This document shows positions 54,654-64,000 of a stretch of 64,000 nt of DNA, in pieces. The DNA comes from an uncultured Gemmatimonadaceae bacterium. GTDB taxonomy: Bacteria; Gemmatimonadota; Gemmatimonadetes; Gemmatimonadales; Gemmatimonadaceae. The notes under the pieces are model-generated. The model saw only the letters and a program-made list of their open reading frames with translations, was not told where the DNA came from and did not search any database. Location of the stretch: positions 352,001 through 416,000 of the forward strand of contig CAVXGK010000002.1 in the NCBI GenBank assembly GCA_963761305.1, read 5' to 3'. The translations under genes were made by a program, and so were the position numbers. Positions within the stretch are counted from its first letter, which is position 1. The number at the start of each line of letters is the position of its first letter.

Positions 54654-56065
54654 TGAGCGGCACGACGACTGACCGTTCGGTCTTCGAACGCTCCACGGCT
54701 GAAACCCAGCCGAGCCGCGGCATCCGCGTGCTGGTGGCGGAGGACGAAGAGAATCTCGCCCAGATCCTCTGCACGTTCCTGCGCAGCCGCGGCCATCAGG
54801 TCGTCTGCGTCGGCGACGGCAAGGCCGCGCTCCAATCGCTTCGCGACGAAGCGTACGACGTAGCGATCGTGGACATCGTGATGCCCGAGGTGGACGGACT
54901 CGAGGTATTGCGCCAAATGCGCGCCGAGCCGGAACCGCCCGAGGTCATCGTGATCACCGGAAACGGCACGGTCGAGACGGCGATCACGGCCATGAAGCTG
55001 GGCGCGTACGACTACCTCGCGAAGCCGTACCGCATGGCGGAGATCGACGTGCTCGTGCGGCGCGCCTGGGAGAAGCACCAGCTCGCGCGCGAGAACCGCT
55101 ATCTGCAAGCGCGTCTCTCCCGCGTCGACTCGACGCCCGAGGTGGTGACGCAGTATGCGCCGATGCACGCCGTGCTCACGCTCCTCGAGCGGATCGCCAC
55201 CACCGACTCGCCGGTGCTCATCACCGGCGAATCGGGAACGGGCAAACGGCTGCTGGCGCGGGCGATTCATCGTCTCTCAGGACGCACCGGGCCGATCGTC
55301 GAGGCGGATAGCTCGTTGCTCGCCGAGGGCGTGCTGGACATCGAGCTGTTCGGCCACGAGCGCGGCGCGTTCAGCGGCGCCGTGACGCGCAAGGCAGGGC
55401 TCATCGAGCTCGCCGCCGACGGCACATTGTTCATCGGCGACATCGGCATGCTCAGCACGAAGCTCCAGTCGAAGCTTGCGCGCACGTTCGAGCACGGGAG
55501 CTTCTTCCGCGTCGGCGGCACGCAGAAGGTCGAAGTCTCGGCGCGCCTCGTGACGTCGAGCGGCCATGACCTTGAGCAGGCCGTGCGCGACGGACGCTTC
55601 CGCGACGACCTGCTGTGTCGCGTGAACGCCGTGACCGTGGCGCTGCCGCCGCTGCGTGAACGGACGGTCGACATTCCGCTCCTCGCCCAGCACTTCCTGA
55701 CGCAGCTCGCCGGTGCCACCGCGCCCGTGCTTACGCCGGACGCCATCGCGCTCATGCAGTCGTACCCGTGGCCGGGCAACGTGCGCGAACTGCGCAACGC
55801 CATCGAGCGCGTCGTTCTGTTGTCGAGCGCCGACCGGACGGAGATTCGCGCGCAGGACCTGCCGCTCTTCACGCCGGGAACCATGCCGCGCGCGAGCGTC
55901 GGCTCGTCCGTCACGTTGGCCGAGCTCGAGCGCCACCACATCGAGGCGGTGCTGGCGCAATCGAACTGGCACCAGGGGCACGCCGCCAAGACGCTCGGCA
56001 TCTCGTCGAAGACGCTCTACAGGAAGATCCGCGAGTACGGACTGACGAGGCCGAAGAAGGACTGA
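54650..56065 (+). CDS. NtrC-family response regulator (REC-AAA+-Fis HTH) with non-canonical ATPase motifs
   Basis: REC with DIVMP; GESGTGKR, GAFSGA, LFIGDIG, WPGNVREL; HTH LGISSKTLYRK. Confidence 0.88.
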   Translation: MMSGTTTDRSVFERSTAETQPSRGIRVLVAEDEENLAQILCTFLRSRGHQVVCVGDGKAALQSLRDEAYDVAIVDIVMPEVDGLEVLRQMRAEPEPPEVIVITGNGTVETAITAMKLGAYDYLAKPYRMAEIDVLVRRAWEKHQLARENRYLQARLSRVDSTPEVVTQYAPMHAVLTLLERIATTDSPVLITGESGTGKRLLARAIHRLSGRTGPIVEADSSLLAEGVLDIELFGHERGAFSGAVTRKAGLIELAADGTLFIGDIGMLSTKLQSKLARTFEHGSFFRVGGTQKVEVSARLVTSSGHDLEQAVRDGRFRDDLLCRVNAVTVALPPLRERTVDIPLLAQHFLTQLAGATAPVLTPDAIALMQSYPWPGNVRELRNAIERVVLLSSADRTEIRAQDLPLFTPGTMPRASVGSSVTLAELERHHIEAVLAQSNWHQGHAAKTLGISSKTLYRKIREYGLTRPKKD

Positions 56066-56202
56066 CGGCGACGGCACGCGCTGATTGGGTGAAGCGCGCG
56101 GGACGGAGTCTGTAGCGTCGGCGACAGCATCAGGAGGCAGGAACGGCGTCCGCTGATGCGTCAGTTCTCGCTTTGCCGACCGTCCCTGCTGTAGCTTTCG
56201 TC

Positions 56203-56919
56203 ATGCGAATCCTCGTCATCGAGGACGATCCGACCGTCGGGCAATACGTGAAGCGCGGGCTCGAGGAGCAGCGCTGGTCCGTCGATCTCGTCGCTGATGG
56301 CGAAGAGGGCGAGCGGCGGGCGGGGTCCGAGGCGTACGACCTCGTCGTGCTCGACATGCGCTTGCCCGGCAAGTCCGGGCTCGAGCTGCTGCACTCGCTG
56401 CGCGCGCGTGGCTTCGAGCGTCCCGTGCTCGTGCTCACAGCGCAGGACGCCGTCGACGCGAAAGTCACCGCGCTCCGCGCCGGCGCCGACGACTATGTCA
56501 CCAAGCCGTTCGCGTTCGAGGAGCTTCTCGCCCGTGTCGAGGCAATCGCCCGGCGTCCGCGCGCGCTCGCCTCGCCGACGCTCACCGTCGGCGACCTGGT
56601 GCTCGACCAGGCGACGCGCGAGGTGCGTCGCGGCGGGGAGCTGATCGAGCTCACGCCGAAGGAGTTCACGGTTCTCGAATACCTGATGCGCCACGCCGGA
56701 CGCGTGATGAGCCGCACGCTCATCACGGAATACGCGTGGGGATATCATTTCGACCCGGGCACGAACATCGTGGATGTCGTGATCAACCACCTCCGGAAGA
56801 AGGTCGATGCGAAGCACGGCCATCGGCTGATTACGACCGTCCGCGGCGTCGGGTACATGATCAAGGAGGAGGATCCGGAACCGCGCAGGCGCGAGCCGGC
56901 CTCGGGGCGCGCGACGTAG
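56203..56919 (+). CDS. OmpR-family response regulator
   Basis: IEDD, LDMRLP, GADDYVTKPF, LTPKEF, TVRGVGY. Confidence 0.93.
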   Translation: MRILVIEDDPTVGQYVKRGLEEQRWSVDLVADGEEGERRAGSEAYDLVVLDMRLPGKSGLELLHSLRARGFERPVLVLTAQDAVDAKVTALRAGADDYVTKPFAFEELLARVEAIARRPRALASPTLTVGDLVLDQATREVRRGGELIELTPKEFTVLEYLMRHAGRVMSRTLITEYAWGYHFDPGTNIVDVVINHLRKKVDAKHGHRLITTVRGVGYMIKEEDPEPRRREPASGRAT

Positions 56920-58476
56920 ATGACGACGCGCGGCCGCCTGACCGCGACCTACGCCGCGCTGCTGGTCGCGACGTTGATCGTCTTCGGCATCGCGATGTCG
57001 GTCATGCGCGACACGAGCGCGCGCAGCGTCGACGCGACCATTCGACCGGCCGCGGATACGATCGCGGCGGCGATTCGGGCGCTGCAGCAGCAATTCCCGG
57101 TGCAGCCGGAGAGCGCGCTCACGACGACCCTGTACAACTCCGTCACCGGCGAACCCCTGGCGGCATCGAGCGGCCGCCTGCGCAAAACGCTGGGCCGGAT
57201 CCCGGGGTACTTCCTCGTCTTCAACGACCAGAACGAGCTGCTCTACGCATCGCCGCCGATGAAGGCGTTGTCCGCGGGCGACCAGGACGTGGTCAGCCGC
57301 GTCGCGAAGCGCCTGGCGACGTCCGACGAGGATGCGCGGCTCGTGCTGCACGGCGACTCGTCCAACGCTTACTCGCTGCAGCTGTTTCTCGTCGCCGACT
57401 CGGTATCGTCGACCGCGGTTCCTGTCCCGAACATCTCGCGCGTCGTCGTGGCGCAAGACGTGTCCTTCGCCGACCTGCTGCCACCGTTGGTGACGGGCTC
57501 GTTGATCATCATGGCACCGATCGTCATTCTGCTCTCCATCGCCGCGGCCTACTCCGTGCTCGGCGGGCTCTTTCGTCCCGTGGATCAGCTCATCAACGAA
57601 GTCGAGGCCATTACCGACGGACGGAGCTTGCACCGCCGGTTGCCGGCCGACCCGGGCAACGACGAGCTCGCACGCCTGAGCCAGACCGTGAATGCGATGT
57701 TGACGCGCCTGGAGGAATCGTTCGGAGCGCTGCGGCGGTTCACCGCCGACGCAAGCCACGAACTCAAGACCCCGCTGACCGTGCTGCGCGCCGACGTCGA
57801 GCGGGCGATGCACCCGTCGACGAACCGCGGCGACCGCATGGTCGCGCTCGAAGAGGCGCTGCAGGAGACGGCGCGCATGTCCGACCTCGTGAACAGCCTT
57901 CTCACGCTGGCCCGCGCCGACGAAGGGCGGTTCGACATCCACCGCACGCCGGTGGATCTGGAACCGTTGCTGCGCGAGATCTACGAGACCGCGGTGATCC
58001 TCGGCGAGGACGCAGGTCTCACGCTGGCGTTCACGTCGCCCGAGAACGGCGTCGTGATGGGCGACCGCACGCGGCTTCGGCAGCTGCTGCTCAACGTCGT
58101 GACGAACGCCATCAAGTACACGCCCCGCGGTGGCCACGTCGAGCTATCGGCGACGCGGCGCGGCGTCGACGAGGTCGCCATCGCGATCCGCGACACGGGG
58201 ATCGGGATCGCGGCGAACGACCTGCCCCATGTCTTCGATCGTTTCTGGCGGGCGGACCGCGCGCGCTCACGGCAGTCGGAGCGAGGCGGGTTCGGCCTTG
58301 GACTTGCAATCGCGCAGTGGATCGTGCAGGCGCACGAGGGCACGATCGCCGTCCAGTCGCGGCTCGGCCGCGGGTCGATTTTTACGATCGTGTTGCCGGT
58401 CGTTTCGCAGCCGCCGGCCCCGGGTGCGCCCGAGTCGTCCGAACAGGAACCCGCGGTCGAACCGGCCGAGGGATGA
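56920..58476 (+). CDS. Membrane sensor histidine kinase (2 TM, HAMP)
   Basis: [39 protein letters not shown]. Confidence 0.92.
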   Translation: MTTRGRLTATYAALLVATLIVFGIAMSVMRDTSARSVDATIRPAADTIAAAIRALQQQFPVQPESALTTTLYNSVTGEPLAASSGRLRKTLGRIPGYFLVFNDQNELLYASPPMKALSAGDQDVVSRVAKRLATSDEDARLVLHGDSSNAYSLQLFLVADSVSSTAVPVPNISRVVVAQDVSFADLLPPLVTGSLIIMAPIVILLSIAAAYSVLGGLFRPVDQLINEVEAITDGRSLHRRLPADPGNDELARLSQTVNAMLTRLEESFGALRRFTADASHELKTPLTVLRADVERAMHPSTNRGDRMVALEEALQETARMSDLVNSLLTLARADEGRFDIHRTPVDLEPLLREIYETAVILGEDAGLTLAFTSPENGVVMGDRTRLRQLLLNVVTNAIKYTPRGGHVELSATRRGVDEVAIAIRDTGIGIAANDLPHVFDRFWRADRARSRQSERGGFGLGLAIAQWIVQAHEGTIAVQSRLGRGSIFTIVLPVVSQPPAPGAPESSEQEPAVEPAEG

Positions 58477-58617
58477 ATCGTTCCGCCTCGCCACGGGGGC
58501 CGGGCAGACGCTTCACCAACTTTTAATGTTGTCGGCATTCCGCCCTAACGCTCGGGGCGTAGGTTAACCCACCGAACATCCCGCGCATATCCTCGTACCC
58601 AATCAGGCCAACGAGAC

Positions 58618-59331
58618 ATGTTCGACAATCTCATCGAGTCGCAGGCAGCAAAACAAAAGCGCGCCGGTGGGTTCCTGTGGAGCTTCGTGATCCACTCGGT
58701 CCTCATCGCGGGCGCCGTCTACGCGACGTACAGCGTGGGCAACGCGCTCGAGAAGCCAAAGGCGGAAAAGGTCGAGTTCGTCACCGTGAAGAAGAACGAC
58801 CCGCCGCCACCCAAGGAAGAGGTGAAGCCGCCGCCGGAAGTCATCATGAAGGCGCCGCCACCGAAGGGCTTCCAGGTGCTGACCGCCCCGATCAAGATCC
58901 CCGACGTGTTGCCGCAGATCGACATGTCCAAGAAGGTCACGGACGAAGCGGACTTCACGGGCAAGGGCGTCGCCGGTGGTATCGCCAAGGGCGTCGTCGG
59001 CGGAACGCCGACCGCGGTGAACGACAACCAGACGTACTTCGAGTTCCAGGTCGAAAAGCAGGTCACGCCGTACCCGAACAACACGGCGCCGCACTATCCG
59101 GACATGCTTCGCTCGGCGAACGTCGAGGGCGAGGTGCTGGCGCAGTTCGTGGTCGACACGACCGGCAAGGCCGACATGAGCCAGTTCCACATCCTCAAGT
59201 CGACGCACGACTTGTTCACGAACGCGGTTAAATCCGCGCTCCCGAACATGAAGTTCTACCCCGCGGAGGTCGGCGGGAGGAAAGTCCGGCAGCTCGTGCA
59301 GATGCCGTTCCAGTTCAACCTGACCAAGTAG
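58618..59331 (+). CDS. TonB family energy transducer
   Basis: TM helix with SxxxH (SFVIHS), Pro/Lys-rich linker, YP motif, EGEVLAQFVVD C-terminal domain. Confidence 0.88.
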   Translation: MFDNLIESQAAKQKRAGGFLWSFVIHSVLIAGAVYATYSVGNALEKPKAEKVEFVTVKKNDPPPPKEEVKPPPEVIMKAPPPKGFQVLTAPIKIPDVLPQIDMSKKVTDEADFTGKGVAGGIAKGVVGGTPTAVNDNQTYFEFQVEKQVTPYPNNTAPHYPDMLRSANVEGEVLAQFVVDTTGKADMSQFHILKSTHDLFTNAVKSALPNMKFYPAEVGGRKVRQLVQMPFQFNLTK

Positions 59332-59368
59332 CTCCTCACCACTTCACTGAGTCGGAGACTCGAAGATT

Positions 59369-60103
59369 ATGGATTTCTCATTGCTCGGCCTATGGCACCA
59401 GATGGGACTCTTTGCCAAGGGCATCTGTGTCGTGATGGCGGTGATGTCGATGTACTCGCTCACGGTCATGGTTTCGAAGTGGTGGAACCTCCGCAAAGCG
59501 CAGAAGGAAACGATCAAGTTCGCCCCCGAGTTCTCGCAGTTCCTCGAGGAAGACAACCTCACCGAAGCCATCCGCCTCGCGGAGAGCTACAAGAAGTCGC
59601 ACGTCGCGCTCGTCCTCGGCGGCGCGCTTGGTGAAGTGAAGCCCCTCATCGCCGACGGCTCGGTCACGGTGGCCGACATCAACTCGGCGGAGCGCGCGGT
59701 CGAGCGCAACATGCTCCTCGAGATCACGAACCTGAAGCGCGGCCTCGCGGTGCTCGCCACCGTAGGCGCGACGGCGCCGTTCGTCGGACTGCTCGGCACC
59801 ACGATGGGCGTCGTGAACTCGTTCACCGGAATGGCCGCGTCGGGCTCCGGCGGTCTCGCGGCGATCGGCGGTGGTATCGCCGAGGCCCTCATCACGACGG
59901 CGTTCGGTCTGCTCGTCGCCATCCCGGCCGTGTGGGCGTACAACTACTTCACGACCAAGATCGACAACCTCACGGCCGAAATGACGTACGTGTCGAAGGA
60001 AATGATCGACTACCTCATCAAGGGCGTGTCGGGCGAATTCGGCCGGTCGCGCTTCACGCGTGAGTTCAATGCCGCCTCGAGCGGCGGCCCGATCTCGCAG
60101 TAG
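59369..60103 (+). CDS. MotA/TolQ/ExbB proton channel protein
   Basis: APFVGLLGT, GIAEALITTAFGLLVAIPA. Confidence 0.92.
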   Translation: MDFSLLGLWHQMGLFAKGICVVMAVMSMYSLTVMVSKWWNLRKAQKETIKFAPEFSQFLEEDNLTEAIRLAESYKKSHVALVLGGALGEVKPLIADGSVTVADINSAERAVERNMLLEITNLKRGLAVLATVGATAPFVGLLGTTMGVVNSFTGMAASGSGGLAAIGGGIAEALITTAFGLLVAIPAVWAYNYFTTKIDNLTAEMTYVSKEMIDYLIKGVSGEFGRSRFTREFNAASSGGPISQ

Positions 60104-60129
60104 TCCACCCCGTCGCGGAGGGATTTCGA

Positions 60130-60612
60130 ATGGCAATGTCGACGGGTGGAGGGGGGACCAGCGTTCAATCCACGCCGAACGTGACGCCGATGGTGGACGT
60201 CATGCTCGTGCTGCTGATCATCTTCATGGTGGTCACGCCGGCACTCTTGGCGGGATTCCAGGCTGAGCCACCGCAGGCCCAAAACATCAAGGACCATCCG
60301 GAAGACGACCAGACCGATCAGGTCCTGGGCATCGACAAGGATGGGTACTACTACCTGAACAAAAAGCTGATCAAGAAGGAGGAAATTGCTCCCGCGATTC
60401 GGCACATCTACGTCGACGGGCAGCGTGACGACTACATCATGTACCTCAAGGCGGACAAGGGACTGCCGTACGCCAGGGTGCTGGACATGATGGACATGGC
60501 CGCGCACAACGGAGTGAAGGTCGTCGCCATGATCAGCGACCAGAAACCGAACACCGTCTCGACGATTCCTGGAGACACGAAGGTGACGACGCCAGCCGGA
60601 GGGGCCAAGTAA
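60130..60612 (+). CDS. ExbD/TolR family protein
   Basis: NVTPMVDVMLVLLIIFMV, KADKGLPY. Confidence 0.9.
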   Translation: MAMSTGGGGTSVQSTPNVTPMVDVMLVLLIIFMVVTPALLAGFQAEPPQAQNIKDHPEDDQTDQVLGIDKDGYYYLNKKLIKKEEIAPAIRHIYVDGQRDDYIMYLKADKGLPYARVLDMMDMAAHNGVKVVAMISDQKPNTVSTIPGDTKVTTPAGGAK

Positions 60613-61082
60613 TGTCTATGACCCCAGGCGGTGGCAGCGGCGGCTCGACGGGCGGCACGTTGTCCAACGAGCCGAACGTCACACCAATGATCGACGTCTT
60701 GCTCGTGTTGTTGATCATCTTCATGGCGGTGCTGCCGTCGATGCGGAAGTCGATCGACATTCAGCTGCCGGATCCGAACCCCACGGTTCAGCCGGCCAAC
60801 CAGAAGTCCGATCAGATCGTGCTGGAGGTTCACTCCAACCAGCACTACGCGATCAACACCCGAGAGGTCACGGGGACGGACAATCTGTACAAGGAACTCA
60901 AGTCCATTTACGACCCGCGCCCTGAAAAGATCATCTTCGTCAAAGGTGACTCGACCGTGAAGTATGCCGAGATCATCGAGGCGATGGACATCTCACGCGG
61001 TGCGATCGGTGTGCACTCGGTCATCGGTGTTCCACCGAAGGACACACCGGGAGCCCCGGCAGGCGCGGCTCCGGCGAAGTAG
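60612..61082 (+). CDS. ExbD/TolR family protein (second copy)
   Basis: NVTPMIDVLLVLLIIFM, KGDSTVKY. Confidence 0.9.
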   Translation: MSMTPGGGSGGSTGGTLSNEPNVTPMIDVLLVLLIIFMAVLPSMRKSIDIQLPDPNPTVQPANQKSDQIVLEVHSNQHYAINTREVTGTDNLYKELKSIYDPRPEKIIFVKGDSTVKYAEIIEAMDISRGAIGVHSVIGVPPKDTPGAPAGAAPAK

Positions 61083-61102
61083 CAAACGGGACAGACGTTT
61101 GT

Positions 61103-61140
61103 CGCGGGCGGAGCCATCCGGCTCCGCCCGCGCGTCTTTT
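61103..61140 (+). terminator. Probable intrinsic terminator after exbD2
   Basis: 13-bp stem CGCGGGCGGAGCC/GGCTCCGCCCGCG with ATCC loop, followed by CGTCTTTT. Confidence 0.6.
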
Positions 61141-61215
61141 CGGGTCTGGCACGAACCCTTCGAGGGTCATTAGTCGTATAACTCAGCGACCCACGCCAGG
61201 CCCGTCGGAGCAGCA

Positions 61216-62103
61216 GTGCCAATCGCACCTCGACCGCAGTCCATCGTTCAGCCCATCGTTCAGCCCATCGAGACGACACCCGTCCGCAAATCGCGGCGGT
61301 TGCCGGCGACGCGGCTGCCCGTGGGTCGCGACGACCGACGAGGGTCGAGCGTGGTGTCGATCGCGTTGCACGCGCTCATCATCTTCCTGCTGGTCGGCGA
61401 TTTCGCGCTGCACACGGCGGACGTGAAAGAGATGCCTGAGGGTGCGGGCGGTGCTGGACCCGCCGGCGGCGGTGGCGGTGGCCATCGTGGAACCGGCGAC
61501 CACGCTCGCGTCACATACATCCGCATGGTGGCGTCGACACCGCAGCCGGCAGTGAAGCCCGCGGTCGTCCCGCCGCCTGTGGTACCGCCGCCAATACCCA
61601 AGCCCGTGCCACCGCCGGTCATTCAGCAGGTGGCGATGAAGGTTCCGGAAGTGACGCCGGCGCCGCCTGAGCTCAAGCTCGACGCACCCAAACCCGATTC
61701 GACGGCGGCGCAGACCGGCACCGGCGGTGGAACCGGCCGAGATGGTTCCGCGGGCAACGGACCGGGATCGGGCGGTGGAAACGGGTCGGGGATCGGTACC
61801 GGGCGCGGCTCGGGCATGGGGCCGGGAACCGGGGGCGGGAATCAGGCGAACTATCCGCCATCTCCCACGGAACTCTTCATTCCGCCGCTGCCGATGCCCG
61901 ACAGAGTGCGCGGCTTCCATCTCGTGGCCGAATACGACGTCGACTCGACCGGCAAGGTCATCGATTTCAAGTTCACGCCGACGCGCGACGGGGGCTACAA
62001 CCGCCGTTTGGATGAGGTGCTGAAAAGCTTCAAGTTCCGCCCCGGCACGAAGCCCGATGGGACGCCCATCCGCATGAAGGCGCAGATCATCTACGACTTC
62101 TGA
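61216..62103 (+). CDS. TonB/TolA-like protein
   Basis: TM with SIALH, Pro-rich and Gly-rich linker, YPP and C-terminal VDSTGKV...FKFRPG domain. Confidence 0.75.
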   Translation: MPIAPRPQSIVQPIVQPIETTPVRKSRRLPATRLPVGRDDRRGSSVVSIALHALIIFLLVGDFALHTADVKEMPEGAGGAGPAGGGGGGHRGTGDHARVTYIRMVASTPQPAVKPAVVPPPVVPPPIPKPVPPPVIQQVAMKVPEVTPAPPELKLDAPKPDSTAAQTGTGGGTGRDGSAGNGPGSGGGNGSGIGTGRGSGMGPGTGGGNQANYPPSPTELFIPPLPMPDRVRGFHLVAEYDVDSTGKVIDFKFTPTRDGGYNRRLDEVLKSFKFRPGTKPDGTPIRMKAQIIYDF

Positions 62104-62170
62104 CGTTCGGTGTCGGAAGGTCAGGGGCGGCGCGAACTGCGCGCCCCTGAGTGTCGTGTGAGGCGCGTCC

Positions 62171-62252
62171 TAGCCAATCGGGACTGCTGAGCCTATCATT
62201 AGGCGATCTAGCTGAAGTGCAGGGCCCATGATGAGTTACATGGGCTTTTTTT
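62171..62252 (+). promoter_or_regulatory. Putative sigma70 promoter plus short leader with intrinsic terminator (candidate riboswitch/attenuator) upstream of hppA
   Basis: TAGCCA-N17-TATCAT (62171-62199); stem GCCCATG/CATGGGC (62224-62245) followed by T7. Confidence 0.55.
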
Positions 62253-62323
62253 CTGCCCGGCCGCAGCCGCGAGGGTCTTCGCCCGTGAAGGCTCTCGGAC
62301 TCCCCATTCGACACAACTGACTA

Positions 62324-64000
62324 ATGAACCTGACGGTCAACGCGCTGTTGCAGCAGGCCGCCGGTGGCGAAGCGAACCTCGTCATCCCGGACCTCAACTC
62401 GGTGACGTTTCTCGGCATCCCCGGCGGCACGCTCCTCATCGGGGGCTTGGTGGTGTGCGCCCTCGGACTCCTGTTCGGTCTCGCGATCTACACGCGGCTC
62501 AAGAACATGGCCGTGCACGAGTCGATGCGAGAGGTGTCGGAGCTGATCTACGAGACGTGCAAGACGTACCTCATCACGCAGGGCAAGTTCATTCTGATCC
62601 TCGAGTTCTTCATCGGGATCGTGATCGCGCTGTACTTCGGCGTGCTGCAGCATTTTTCGATCGACAAGGTCATCGTCATCCTGCTGTTCAGCCTCATCGG
62701 GATCGCCGGGAGCTACGGCGTCGCCTGGTTCGGCATCCGGGTGAACACCTTCGCGAACTCGAGGACGTCGTTCGCCGCGCTCCGCGGGAAGCCGTATCCG
62801 TGTTACGCGATTCCGCTTTCGGCCGGCATGAGCATCGGCATGCTGCTGATCTCGGTCGAGCTGGTGCTGATGCTGACGATCCTGCTGTTCATTCCAGGCG
62901 CGTACGCCGGCTCCTGCTTTATCGGATTTGCGATCGGCGAGTCCCTCGGCGCCGCGGCGCTCCGAATCGCCGGCGGCATCTTCACGAAGATCGCCGACAT
63001 CGGCGCCGATTTGATGAAAATCGTGTTCAACGTGAAGGAGGACGACGCGCGCAACCCCGGCGTGATCGCCGACTGCACGGGTGACAATGCCGGCGACTCC
63101 GTCGGACCGAGCGCGGACGGTTTCGAGACCTACGGCGTGACCGGCGTCGCGCTGATCTCGTTCATCGTGCTCGCGGTGCACGACGACCGCGTCAAGGTCC
63201 AGCTCCTCGTCTGGATCTTCGTGATGCGCATCATGATGGTGGTCACGAGCGGCGCGTCGTACCTGATCAATGCCGCGATCGCCAAAGCCCGCTACGCCAC
63301 CGCCGACCGGATGAACTTCGAGGCGCCGCTCACGTTCCTCGTGTGGCTGACGTCGATCCTGTCCGTCGTGGCGACGTTCATCGTGTCGAAGCTCATCATT
63401 CCGGATCTCGGCGACGGCACGCTCTGGTGGAAGCTCTCGGCGGTCATCACCTGCGGCACGTTGGCGGGCGCGATCATCCCCGAGTTCGTGAAGGTGTTCA
63501 CCTCGGTCGAGTCGCGCCACACCAAGGAAGTCGTGATATCGTCGCGGGAGGGCGGTCCGTCGCTCAACATCCTCTCGGGCCTCGTCGCCGGCAACTTCAG
63601 CGCGTACTGGCTGGGCATGACGATCATGATCCTGATGACGATCGCGTACTTCATCAGCACGTCATTCCCGGAGGGTGCGGGTGCGCTGATGGTCGCTCCG
63701 GCGGTGTTCGCGTTCGGCCTCGTCGCGTTCGGATTCCTCGGGATGGGACCGGTCACGATCGCCGTCGATTCGTACGGTCCGGTGACCGACAACGCGCAAT
63801 CCGTCTACGAGCTGTCGCAGATCGAGGAGATCCCGGGCGCTGCCGCGCAGATCCAGCAGCAGTACGGATTTTCAGTGAATTTCGAGCGGGCGAAGCATTT
63901 CCTCGAAGAGAACGACGGCGCGGGAAACACGTTCAAGGCCACGGCCAAGCCGGTGCTCATCGGCACGGCGGTCGTCGGCGCGACGACCATGATCTTCTCG
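62324..64000 (+). CDS. hppA: Membrane-bound ion-translocating pyrophosphatase, divergent K+-independent type; runs off the window
   Basis: Manual translation from ATG 62324: GGIFTKIADIGADLMK, EDDARNPGVIADCTGDNAGD, DSYGPVTDNA, GNTFKATAK. Confidence 0.93.
   Translation, partial: MNLTVNALLQQAAGGEANLVIPDLNSVTFLGIPGGTLLIGGLVVCALGLLFGLAIYTRLKNMAVHESMREVSELIYETCKTYLITQGKFILILEFFIGIVIALYFGVLQHFSIDKVIVILLFSLIGIAGSYGVAWFGIRVNTFANSRTSFAALRGKPYPCYAIPLSAGMSIGMLLISVELVLMLTILLFIPGAYAGSCFIGFAIGESLGAAALRIAGGIFTKIADIGADLMKIVFNVKEDDARNPGVIADCTGDNAGDSVGPSADGFETYGVTGVALISFIVLAVHDDRVKVQLLVWIFVMRIMMVVTSGASYLINAAIAKARYATADRMNFEAPLTFLVWLTSILSVVATFIVSKLIIPDLGDGTLWWKLSAVITCGTLAGAIIPEFVKVFTSVESRHTKEVVISSREGGPSLNILSGLVAGNFSAYWLGMTIMILMTIAYFISTSFPEGAGALMVAPAVFAFGLVAFGFLGMGPVTIAVDSYGPVTDNAQSVYELSQIEEIPGAAAQIQQQYGFSVNFERAKHFLEENDGAGNTFKATAKPVLIGTAVVGATTMIFS

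Overview
High-GC bacterial chromosomal window. Gene content and protein style suggest Gemmatimonadota, which is an inference. Left part (1-35.7 kb): MBL-rhodanese fusion, S9 peptidase, ABC-2 exporter, pdxH, speA, three tandem paralogous lipoprotein genes with a duplicated sigma54-type promoter motif, an amidohydrolase, sodA and dedA. These are followed by a GH38 / peptide-type ABC / heparinase-II/III-like / TrmJ / class-III aminotransferase / paired amidohydrolase cluster, an alternative complex III operon (actABCDEF) preceded by a perfect Rex-type palindrome, and trxC. A tRNA-Ala(TGC) at 35778-35850 is followed by a ~15 kb accessory region with no integrase. It holds small hypotheticals, gene fragments, attC-like relics, four copies of an uncharacterised ~100-aa protein family, TetR-SulP with palindromic operators, and a ~1.8 kb ORF-poor tract with two related elements bounded by ~53-bp inverted repeats. 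Right part (51-64 kb): F420/NADP oxidoreductase-like, FKBP, peroxiredoxin, two two-component pairs (one with a degenerate sigma54-activator ATPase), TonB-ExbB-ExbD-ExbD-TonB, and a divergent membrane pyrophosphatase gene whose short leader contains an intrinsic terminator (candidate Na+ riboswitch). All calls come from reading motifs by eye; no database searches were run. Several start codons are best guesses.
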